A stretch of 64,000 nucleotides of DNA from Macrostomum lignano (Eukaryota). Each line of letters starts with the position of its first letter. Positions within the stretch are counted from its first letter, which is position 1. This document shows, one piece after another, positions 36,593-47,354 of the stretch. Made by a program: the position numbers and the translations under genes. The notes below the pieces were generated by a model. It searched no databases and was not told the origin of the DNA. It saw nothing but the letters and a program-made list of their open reading frames with translations. The stretch covers positions 62,001 to 126,000 of the forward strand of contig NIVC01002509.1 in NCBI GenBank assembly GCA_002269645.1, given 5' to 3'.

Positions 36593-38218
36593 ATGTTCAA
36601 TCAGAAGTTTCTGGATGACACTATTCCAACTCGTTCGCGCAGCAAAGCCCATGTAGATGCTGCCAGCCAAAAGACTCAAAGCACTCGGTGCAGTAGCGTT
36701 AAGCGACACGCTCAAAGTCTCTTCAAACCATGGTTCACTGGTAATAACACTGCGACATCGGGAGTAGCTGCCGCAGCCTCCGCCGCCGCGGCCGCGCTGC
36801 AAGCCGGAACCCCAATGTCCGAGCCGACTCGCAATAGTAGCAATGCGCCAGAGCTGCCCGACAGCGGCCCGTACAACTATAGCAATGTCAGTAATATGAC
36901 AGCCGGTGCTGACATGGGCGACAAGCCGATTAACAAAGACGATATTCGTCCGATGCCCTACCATGACTACAATCCGATTTTGGTGCGTCAGACTCAGAGC
37001 GACCAAGAGCTACCAATTCACTATTGGTTCTACATCTACTTGTACAGCTCCGATGTAGACAAGTTGCTAACTCCGTTCGTTAGGATGGTTGACAGCTTTG
37101 GCACTGATCGGCGACTTACTGTCATCATGAACAGATGCGGGGTATGGACAATGGGGAGGAGAATAAAGGAGAGAAAATGAGAGGAGAGGAGAGATTAGAA
37201 ATGGAATACGATCTAAAGTAGAATAGAATAGAGTAGAGTAGAATAGAGTAGAATATAATATAATAGAATGAAGTAGAAAAGAATAGAATAGAAAAAAAAA
37301 ACAGAACAGAATAGAATAGAATAGAATAGAATAGAATAGAATAGAATAGAATAGAATAGAATAGAATAGAATAGAATAGAATAGAATAGAATAGAATAGA
37401 ATAGAATAGAATAGAATAGAATAGAATAGAATAGAATAAAATAGAATAGAATAGAATAGAATAGAATAGAATAAAATAGAATAGAATAGAATAGAATAGA
37501 ATAGAATAGAATAGAATAGAATAGAATAGAATAGAATAGAATAGAATAGAATAGAATAGAATAGAATAGAATAGCATAGCATAAAATAGAATAGAATAGA
37601 ATAGAATAGAATAGAATAGAATAGAATAGAATAGAATAGAATAGAATAGAATAGAATAGAATAGAATAGAATAGAATAGAATAGAATAGAATATCGAGAA
37701 GAGAAGAGAATACAGGAGAAGATAACGGAAGAAAGGAAGGAAAGGAAAGGAGAAGAGTAGGGAGAATACTGAATGAGAAAATCAGATACACAATCAGATA
37801 GAGATCGAAGGTAAATCTTTACCTGACTACAGTTGCTATTGTTCGAGACAAGACGGGAGGTCAAAGTTAGAGCAAAGATTGTATCGCGATTAAATTTGGC
37901 TCCGAAATCATTATTTTCATACTGATATCATAATCATCCAACATCCCCTACTGTATCCTACATCTACAATTAATGTAGGTGCAAATCCTTCTGAAGGAGC
38001 TTGAGTTGTACAAGTCTCTACCTCGGCGCATTGTGGTGATCAAGGGGGCCAAGTGGACCAGCATCGTGAAGGCTCTGATAGAGATGGAGGAGCGCCTGCC
38101 CGATCTCATGCGATTCGCCACCTTTCCGTTGCTATTGGATACGGACACCACCAAGTACGCGTGCACTAAATTTGATCGCACCGCTTGCATCAATCGGCTC
38201 GCCAAGCTGATCCACTGA
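36593..38218 (+). CDS. Two-exon protein of unknown function, ~241 aa; exons 36593-37078 and 37979-38218
   Basis: GCC-ATG start; donor TTC|GTTAGG and acceptor TGTAG|GTG are both phase 0. Both exons are GC-rich and codon-like against AT-rich flanks. Low-complexity Ala-rich N-terminus and a globular-looking C-terminus. No family recognised. Confidence 0.62.
37220..37693. repeat. (AATAG)n microsatellite in the orphan-gene intron
   Basis: Read directly. Confidence 0.98.
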
Positions 38219-38761
38219 GTATATCTATACTATTAGACAAACCGCTCGCTTCTTTGACTAAAACGTCAACAACGGCGTTTATAAACACTGAGAACGGAAC
38301 CCGTAACGCATGCGCAGTACACTTGTAAAAGCGATATTTAGTTAACAATTTTAGTTTCCTTGTACCGATATGTCTGTTATTTTTTACTTGACAATCCGAA
38401 TTTAGCGAAACGCACAAAAGCAGTAAATAGCAAAATTCTTTTTTTCGCAACAATGCTTGAGCTTCTACTAGAAGACAAAAGAAACAGTTTCGGTACTTCA
38501 GGCGTGAAGGTATACTTGTATTTCAGTTTTTTCTTGTCAAAAGGTATTTTACCATTTAAATAATGCTTCGAGAGTCGAGAGTTTTTGACAAAGTCTCTCT
38601 TTAAAAAAGTTATTTGATGAAAAAACAAGCAACAATGTCTTTGTATTTCGTATTAGCAATTAGCGGGTCAATGTTTGTTTGCTGTCCAACACAGCGCCTG
38701 TCCCCATTTTCGGGCCTTTTCAAATGTGCCAGCTCTCTGTCTCTGCCTTTACTTGAAATGG

Positions 38762-38802
38762 GTGCCTGATGGGGACAGTTATAAACTGTCCCCGTGCCTG
38801 AT
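38762..38802. mobile_element. 23-bp perfect hairpin GGGGACAGTT-ATA-AACTGTCCCC flanked by a 9-bp direct repeat GTGCCTGAT
   Basis: GTGCCTGAT at 38762-38770 and 38794-38802; 10-bp perfect stem 38771-38780 / 38784-38793. Confidence 0.6.
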
Positions 38803-39049
38803 TCCTACACATATCTAATTGCGATTCGTAACTGCTGCAGTTTGGGGAGTTCTTCAAAATGGTAAGTCGTGCATCCTAAAACTTCGCGCTCCAGAAAGTC
38901 CCTTGACCTATCCCCCGTGCCGTACGATCCCTCAATCAATTATAAACTAATTCATATTTCCAATGTTATTCACTAGACTTTCACTTACCATTCCCCAAGG
39001 AATTAGACTAATCCGGTAATCCCATTCCCAAAGTCATTAGACTTCCCAT

Positions 39050-40146
39050 TAGGGAATACAATCCAGGATCCCGGGATCCCAGAATCACAGGATTAGGCCC
39101 AAATCCCGGGATTCTAAATCCCCGGATCGACCATCGGGATCCTGATCTAGCTTTGTAATAATTCAACCATTCATTCTCGAGTAGTAGTACATGTATCTGC
39201 AGCTGAGATACTTGTCAGGTGAAAATCATAACCCAGTTGTCCTACTTTGATTTCTTAATATTTTAACCAATGCAGGCTAGAGAGTAGAAGGCTATAGGGC
39301 TGCAAGGATACAAAACAGAAGCTGTTAGCAGATCGTAAGGAGATTTAAGGTGTAATAATGGACCATCTCCATCTACTTTAAGCAGTGACTTAACTTCAAA
39401 ACTCCTTGGCCATAGTTGGGATCGGCCCACAACCCAAGCTACCAATTCTCCATCTAGGGCGGGTGCCCCTGGAAGGGTGATTTCTGATCCCCTTCTACCC
39501 TGGTATCAGTACCTCCGGCCATAGCTCTGTAAGTTACATGGGCGGCGGGAGCTTGCGGCCCCGGGGGCATGTGCCCCTCCCATAAAATGAGTCCATGCAG
39601 CACACAAAACATTGTGACCTGAATTTTCGAGTTTCTGATATTTTAGTGCTTAGTAATAGATAATATCCATATTTTTTAGTGCTTTTTCTGATTTTAGGCT
39701 GTAATTAGCAGCATAGATAGACACCCGTGCCCCCGTGCCCAATGCCCAGTGACCCCCCCCCCTTAAATGTTAGGCTCCGCCGTCCCTGGTAAGCTATCAT
39801 TCCCCAGGTTACATCACAATCAAGAGTGATTTTCCTGAGCTGATACGCTCGTACTGGCACGTAAAAAGCACGACTATTACGCCAGCCCGTACATCACCAC
39901 TCCAATTCAGAGTCCATTAATGTCAGATTCTTGCTTGCAAAATATTTTATTCTGTTCTACTTTTATTATTAAAAGGATGAAAGCCCTTTAAAATTAGGTT
40001 AGATGGCTTCGTAAACCGAAATTGCACCAACAAAAATTAGAAACCTTTTCAACCCATGCCTGGATCCCGGCCCAGTTCGTCGGAATCCTGGGTTTTTCAA
40101 AGTCCGGGATATCCCGATCCCGAGAATCGCGATTTTGTATTCCCTA
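39050..40146. mobile_element. Non-autonomous hAT-like element with 12-bp perfect TIR TAGGGAATACAA and ATCCCGGGAT subterminal repeats
   Basis: TIRs at 39050-39061 and 40135-40146; CCGGGAT motifs cluster at both ends (39061-39145, 40060-40130). No TSD detected. Confidence 0.6.
39537..39788. mobile_element. 252-bp hAT-type MITE nested in the element above
   Basis: TIRs CATGGGCGGCGGGAGC versus CAGGGACGGCGGAGC (reverse complement); 8-bp TSD GTAAGTTA (39529-39536) / GTAAGCTA (39789-39796), 7 of 8 identical. Confidence 0.7.
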
Positions 40147-40628
40147 GGCCTTGACCCTGACCACTGATTGTAACTTTAAAGCCGCCACCACCAGGCGCCA
40201 GGCAATCAGCGCAGCATTAAACAGCAAAACCATACATTTAAAACGTAAAAATGTTAGTAAAAAAACAATTAAAATTATTTTTTCTGATTCAATTTTTTTT
40301 AAAAACTTGTTAACGGGATTGAAAGGCAAAAACTAAGGTTTGACCTCTCGTCTCCCTCTCCCTAACTGTAGCTTTTCCGGATAAACTGGAATTTGGATTG
40401 GAATTGTAAATTGGAACTTGGAACCCTGGATTTCGCCAAACATTACCTAGATTTAGAAGGAACTGGGTTGGGTCGGGTGTGCGTTTCTACTCCTATGTTG
40501 GGACGGGAGTCGGGACGGGAAGGGAGTTTGAACTCGGGGAATGAATGGTTTTTAAATTCGTCTGGTCGTGCATTTGGCAAAACCCACTGAGTATAGTCAG
40601 TCTAAGTATGAGAAACGACAATTTAGGG

Positions 40629-40785
40629 CAGGGGCGGATCCAGAAATTTTTGAGGGGGGGTAAGCCATGCCATTGCCAACCCAAGCACTACAAGTCTACA
40701 ATCCAATATTGGAAAATAGACTTTGCAGTTACAGCAGGCCAAAAAAATATGGCCATGCGGCCTGCCCCCTCTGGATCCGGTTTTG
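40629..40785. mobile_element. Possible degenerate CAGGGGCGGATCCAG-type MITE
   Basis: Left CAGGGGCGGATCCAG; right CTGGATCCG(GTTTT)G matches only partly. No TSD. Confidence 0.3.
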
Positions 40786-42979
40786 GGCTCCGTGTCTCGG
40801 CATCGGCACGGCATCCTCAGCTCAATTCCAATACCCAAAAACGAATAGAAGACATGTTGTTGTTCCTCTCCTCTCGAGTCTCCCACTCTCCTACCGTTTT
40901 CGATATCTTCACAATCACAGGGGCACCATAAAAGCTCCAAACAGGGAGAAACGAGAGGAAGGGGTTTATTTGTTTGCGGCCGCATGCCGCATGGTGCAAT
41001 TCTCACCGGGCCCGCACCCACCCCACCAGCCTGCACAAGGGGTTTTTACATCCATGAGAGCTTGTCTGACTATTGGCTAAGTAAGAAGCGAAGGCCAGTC
41101 GGGTAAGAAAAATAAGTAAGAAAGATTTCTAGGACTAAGACCATAAGGTTCGTTCATCGTAAAACGGAAAAAAAGATAAGGCTGGACCAACTCCCTAGAG
41201 CCCGTGCTATGTACGCTTCTAAATAAGTAAAAGAGCGTTTTGGTCCCCCACTCAGTTTATCGACCGGTTCACCCCTCCCCTAGCCAAAATCACGCCCAAC
41301 ACCCCACAATCCGACTCTTTATTAACTGGTTGGCTAGACAAAGAGGGTCGGGGCCGTCTCGTACAGTCAGGCATAATAAAAGGACGCTGTGAGGAGGGAC
41401 CTTTTGGCTGGGCCTATAATTTTTCTTAACCCTCCATCCGTTCCCCTTTAACCTCTTCTACACAAATATTCCAGTTTCATAGGGGCCACCTTGTGCCCAT
41501 GAGAAAGGAAGCAAAGGAGGTCTCCATGCTCCTATTTCACTTTATTCCATTCCGGCTAGCTTAGCTTAGCTTAATTTTATATTCATGTATATTTATTTTA
41601 TTTTCACACACTATTTAATTAGATAAAGAGCGTAATTAAGTCAGAATCAGGCTCAATCGGCAATCGGCATTACTTTGTTAACTGGTATTTAAACGTCTCT
41701 CTTCTCTTACTGGCGATTGGTAGGCAGCCAAGTCGTAAGTAAGATGCTTAATGAACTGACAAGTGACAACTGTCGAGTTATTTTTTCTTCTAACACCTGT
41801 ACCTAGTCTGACGCGAGTTGCACGGAGAAGCAAAGCCAAGCCAAAAAACAACTGAGCAAGGACAGTTTGCCTACATTATTTGCTTGTGTTTGTTTGTTCG
41901 TTCGGCTCGCGTACTGCTAGCAGGTTAAGCTACCTTCCCCCGTTCTTTCTTCGATACGTATTACGTAAGTTATTCATCCCTTTTTATATTTGGCCTTGTA
42001 AAACTCCATATACATAGACTTAGTCCTGGCCGTGTCTGTCTGTATCCTGATTTCAAATGTTCGTGCTTGTCTTAGGGATCGACATCGAGTCATTATCGAA
42101 AAAATACTTTAACTTTCAAGCAAAGCAACTGGGAACTTATCTTCTAGCGCGTACACTTCACGACTTATTGTAGTAATGAAATAATCAATACTAAATAAAT
42201 ATAGAATTACTTGTTCGTAATCGTATGCATTTTTTATCAATTTCTGTTATTACCAACTATTAGTCGTAGAAGATAGGTGATGCTGCTGATGCATGAGCAT
42301 AAATCTGTTTGTCAAACAGTCCAGGACAATCCAGAATGATAATTCTGTAAACGACAGTAGAAACTTTTTAAAAAGCACTTGTATTTTTAAGGATTTTTAG
42401 AATATCTGCATTCTTATTGCAATCGTACTACTTGTAAGTAGGCCTTATCAGTTTGTAAAAAATGTTTTGAATATTTCAGGTATTTCACTCGTGGACGCAG
42501 AGAAAAACACACGAACGAGTTTTCAATAGTATAGCTTTTAGGCAGCAAGCTGCTCATATGTACCTTTCAAACATCAACAAGTTTATTTTTAAATAAGAAT
42601 TGATAAGAAACGAGTTGTACAAAGTGTAAATTTCTGTACACACCAAGCATCAATGCAGGGTCTAACTATTCATTGCAAGAAGGGAAATACGTATTTCTTT
42701 CATCAAACGCACATTTTTGAACTTTGAACAGCTTCTAGCTGCCAAGGACAAGAGTGCAACTCGCGACTAATTGAGTTTTTTTTGCATTTCCAGTGCGCGC
42801 ATTATAGAATTCTACTGAAAAATTAGATTAGTTAAAAATGGGTTCTTCGCTTTTCAAGTTAGTGTTTGCAAATAACAGCCAATATATAAGCTCGCTTTTG
42901 AACAGCTGTTATAATGGGGTTCAATATACCGGTACTTCAACATATGTAAATGTACATGAAGCGCTATTTCTAAATCACC

Positions 42980-44773
42980 TTAAATCACGGATGTAGAGTA
43001 TGCGCCGCTTCCGCTGTTAATGGACTCTGGTCGGACGTACACCTGCGCCTGCTGAGCCATTGAACTCGATTGAATCTCTTGTGCAGAAACTGCCTCGTCC
43101 TTAAGCTGGGCAATTTCGGCGAAAACGCTCGCCAACGGTTGAAACTGAGGCGTCCAAGAGACCAAGTGGCTGGGCAAACGGGCAGATCCGTAGCCAGTGT
43201 AGCTCAGGGTGGTGTTCCTGGGTGGCAGCTCGAGACTAGGCACAGGTGTAGTCTGATAGACATCCTCCGACCACAGGTTGTCGGATGAATGATGAGCAAA
43301 GTCTGTGGAGCCACCGACAGCGCCACCGCTGCTGGCCCCTCCGCCGACGCCAACGCCAACGGAGCCACCGAACCCGGAGCGCTTGAAATCAGTGGTCGGC
43401 GGACGGACGCCTAGCCGATACAGGTACTCCCGATGGTCCTTGGGCAGTGAACAGTTGCTACTATCCGTGTCCATCATCATGCGCTGCTGCTCCTCCTCGG
43501 AACTGCCCAATCCTGAGCTGTGTGTTGTGCCAGCAGCGCTGAGTCGGGTCAGCTCAGTCAGCGTTCTCGGTGGCGGCAACGGGGGCACGTGATCGAAGCA
43601 CGAGTCGTAGACGGTGGACGACGGCGGGCTGCGTATGCCCATGCCCTTTGCTTGGCGGCGATAGCAGCGTCTGTAAACCACTATAGCGATTATGATTGCT
43701 ATGATTACTAACAAGACTGCTGCGGTTGACGTGACAGCAATTAACAGCGACCCACTAACGCCGCCCAATCCGTGAGAAGTCAGCGGCACAGGCATTTGCA
43801 GTCGAATCGACGCGTCCGAATAGAGTGTGCCGCTGCTGGCTCGAACCAGTAGACTGAAATTTTTCATAATGGTGGCGGTGTCGTCCGCAATATCGGCACC
43901 GTTTACTCCGTCGAAGTCGCGGGCCATATAGACCTCACCAGTGCTAGCATTGATGCCGAAACGTGCCAAATTGCCTACCAGTGCTGCGCCGTCTTCTCCG
44001 ACTAGGGAGTACCCGATTCGACCGGCCGGCCCGCCGTCTGCGTCGAAGGCGACCACGCGAAGCAAAATTCGACCGCGGCGCGGAGTGCTGCTAAACCCAG
44101 CCGCGTATTCAGCCTTGTCGAAGTTTGGCTGAAACTCGTCAACATCTTCAACCATAATCACTAGCCGTGCGTCTGCTGAACAGTTCAATCGCAGCGTAAA
44201 TGTTGTCTGGTTCTCATAGTCAAGCACCTGGCGAGTTCGCAGACTGCCGTTGGTTAGAGAAAATAAGGTCGTACTACTATCGGCTGTCAAAACGCAGTCA
44301 GTGGCTGTCAGAGCGGCAGTAGGCGGAGCCAAGTTACCAACAAGGGTGCCGGGGCTGAGGCCCTCTTTGACTAGGAACACTAGCGGATTGATGGGGAATC
44401 GAGGCGACGAAGGCAGCGCTGAGGCAGCTGCAAATCGAACGCTAACACGAGTTAGGCTACTACGCGCAGGTACATCTATTGAACTATCTGACGCCTGTAC
44501 TAGCAGGTTCATCACAACGTCCGATCCGGTAGATGCAACAATGGCGGGCGGAAGAGCGGTCAGCGTCAAATCACCAGTGGCGGCATCGATAGCAAAGCTG
44601 CCACCACCGAGTAAAATTTTGTAGCTGACAATTCCGTTGACTCCCGAATCGGCATCAGTGGCTGCAACCCGTAGAAGCCGCCCACCAGAAACGACTGAAT
44701 CAGCTGGCACTGTGGCTGAGTAGGGTTCGCCAACAAACACAGGCGCATTGTCATTGGCATCTTGCACAAGAAT
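42980..44773 (-). CDS. ds: Dachsous-type atypical cadherin, last exon (final cadherin repeats, TM helix, cytoplasmic tail)
   Basis: Acceptor CTCTCTCCAG|ATT joins VTVR|ILVQDANDNAPVF; TM segment LLIAVTSTAAVLLVIIAIIIAIVVY followed by RR; tail motif SWTPQFQPLASVFAEIAQLKDE characteristic of Dachsous/DCHS proteins. Confidence 0.88.
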   Translation of the reverse strand: MLVQDANDNAPVFVGEPYSATVPADSVVSGGRLLRVAATDADSGVNGIVSYKILLGGGSFAIDAATGDLTLTALPPAIVASTGSDVVMNLLVQASDSSIDVPARSSLTRVSVRFAAASALPSSPRFPINPLVFLVKEGLSPGTLVGNLAPPTAALTATDCVLTADSSTTLFSLTNGSLRTRQVLDYENQTTFTLRLNCSADARLVIMVEDVDEFQPNFDKAEYAAGFSSTPRRGRILLRVVAFDADGGPAGRIGYSLVGEDGAALVGNLARFGINASTGEVYMARDFDGVNGADIADDTATIMKNFSLLVRASSGTLYSDASIRLQMPVPLTSHGLGGVSGSLLIAVTSTAAVLLVIIAIIIAIVVYRRCYRRQAKGMGIRSPPSSTVYDSCFDHVPPLPPPRTLTELTRLSAAGTTHSSGLGSSEEEQQRMMMDTDSSNCSLPKDHREYLYRLGVRPPTTDFKRSGFGGSVGVGVGGGASSGGAVGGSTDFAHHSSDNLWSEDVYQTTPVPSLELPPRNTTLSYTGYGSARLPSHLVSWTPQFQPLASVFAEIAQLKDEAVSAQEIQSSSMAQQAQVYVRPESINSGSGAYSTSVI

Positions 44774-44969
44774 CTGGAGAGAGAGGAAATCAATTGAATG
44801 AATTAGTAGCCCCTTGTAGTCTTTTAGACTTCAGGTACAAGTATTTCTTGCCAAATTTCTATTTGTAGAAAATAAAGGCTTTCCGTACTAAAGCGTACCT
44901 GTACTTCCACGAACAGTAGCGCTCTGGTTGTTCCTTTCTGTGTCTTTTCTCAATACATGTGGTTCAACA

Positions 44970-45450
44970 TACCCCTTGTAGATTGAGTATTCCCTTCCGC
45001 CCCGAATAACTTGAGTGTTCCCTTCCGCCCCTTGTAGATTGAGTATTCCCTTCTGCCCCGAATAACTTGAGTGTTCCCTTCCGCCCCTTGTAGATTGAGT
45101 ATTCCCTTCCGCCCCGAATAACTTGAGTGTTCCCTTCCGCCCCTTGTAGATTGAGTATTCCCTTCTGCCCCGAATAACTTGAGTGTTCCCTTCCGCCCCT
45201 TGTAGATTAAGTATTCCCTTCCGCCCCGAATAACTTGAGTGTTCCCTTCCGCCCCTTGTAGATTGAGTATTCCCTTCTGCCCCGAATAACTTGAGTGTTC
45301 CCTTCCGCCCCTTGTAGATTGAGTATTCCCTTCCGCCCCGAATAACTTGAGTGTTCCCTTCCGCCCCTTGTAGATTGAGTATTCCCTTCCGCCCCGAATA
45401 ACTTGAGTATTCCCTTCCGCCCCTAATAGTTTGAGTATTCCCTTCTGCCA
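44970..45450. repeat. 56-bp higher-order repeat made of two alternating 28-mers (CCCTTCCGCCCCTTGTAGATTGAGTATT / CCCTTCCGCCCCGAATAACTTGAGTGTT)
   Basis: Strict A/B alternation, ~8 dimers, in a ds intron. Confidence 0.95.
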
Positions 45451-47354
45451 CAAGTTAAAGTTGCGTTCGTCTGTTTGGTCTTTGTTGTATGTATATTGAC
45501 AGACTACTAATAGCAGACACATGGTACTCTCCAATTTATAAACTGAGGAACGGTTTTAAAGAGAAAAATGAGTCTGTATTATTAAATTATAATTGAGTCG
45601 AGACTATAAATATGGAAGCTATGAAAATTGTACTGACTAATGCAAACAAAATAATCGGCTCATTTTTAGCTGTTCAACAGGCTAAAAATATTGCGCAGTC
45701 CGTCGATCGTTCAATCCTTGATTATCAGATAGATTATGAAGGATTAGCCTTCGAATCCAGTGACGGACTGACAGTTGACCCATTAGCTATTAACTAACGT
45801 GTAGCTTTAAATACAGTATATAGGCCACTGATGCATCAAGGGATTTCAGGGGAGAATAAAGCAGCGGTATAATAATCAACTCCTTGTTCTCAAAGGCAAT
45901 GAGAAAACGGGAAAAGAGGAGAAAGAGCTCAGGGAGAGAGATGGCGCTGGAGTAGGGTCAGCTGAATCGCATCCGGGGAAAACTCCCATTCTGCCCTGCT
46001 CACAGCTCTTTCTCAATAAAGCTCTAAGTTTAGAAGGAAGCTGCCAAACAAAGGTTTGATTGACAAGCTGAAGCAAATCGCACTGCGGACTGCAGAGGGA
46101 CCTGGAGACACTCATTACACATTGTACACACTATTATATTATAGGCAGCACTCCAGTGATTGCCTTTCCTATGCCTAAAACTTGACGAGGCACTAGAAAG
46201 AAAAAAGAGGTGGGGGAGAGACCTGAATATAGTGTCAGCAGTTCTCTCTGTCTGGTCTCTTCCCCAGCTATCAGCTCAAGCTCAAACTCTGACGATTTTG
46301 TCCCAACTAAACATGAAAAAAGCAGAGAAGAATAGGGCGCCCCTATTCCGACTCTAATCTAGCAGGCACAAATACAAAAAAGCTGGAAAGCTAACAATGG
46401 ATTTGTCTCTTTACATCTCATGTCATCTCGCTCTCTGGTTTGGACCTCAGTCAGTTAAACAGTGTCAACTCGGCTCTTTGGTTTATCTCAACTACCGCTC
46501 TGAATTTGATCTACACCTTGTCTTCTTTCATCTTCATCGCTCACAATTTTTCTGCCCTATAAGCCCCATTCCTGCGCCATTGCATCCCATTCTGAGCTGC
46601 CGTACTCACTGCCGCCCTATTGATGCTTATAGAAATAGCTTCCTCTCCTGCTCATTCAAAAAGTCAAATTGGATCAGACAATTGCATTCATTCAAAGGGC
46701 CGGGGACTAATTGAAAGGTCTAGGGGAATAGAAAGGTTTTGCCGGCAGGACCAAGCAGTGTACTTCGAGCGTACAGCCATGCTACCCCCCCCCCAAAGAG
46801 TTTTGCTTTTTCATTACCGACTTTTTATTACCGCGGTACTGTGGTCAGTATATATTTGCCAATGGTATCAAATAGATTTATTGCATTTATAAGCGGGAGC
46901 GGAGAACGATTGGATGTGGCTTACTATATTTAGTTGGTAATACTTTGTTAAGACCAGTGGACGTTGTAGTGTGTAAAACTTTTCAAGAGCATTTAGATCC
47001 CTTAGTTTGCACTGCTATGCAAATAAAGTGCGGTGCCCGCTGCGTGCGCACAATTACAGTTTATAGCTGATCCACCATGTTTGGAATATATGTGTGCGCG
47101 TCTCGTGTAAACACCGACATGGTATAACAAATGTATAGATGCATATGCAGTATGCTATTAGGACGTTATCTATAAACAAACCAAACAATATATAGCATCG
47201 CAGAAGCTCTATAGCGCACACGGAACCTTTTTATAGCATTTTTGGAACCACCCGCAGCTGGGGAGAGAAAAAATATATTAAAATTTTATTTAGAGATCGA
47301 TATTTATTTTATAACTCTATAGTGTTCCTGGGACTTTCCACGTGTATTAGTGTT

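Noticed and set aside
37067-37864. (YSILF)n ORFs
   Set aside because: Translation of the (AATAG)n microsatellite.
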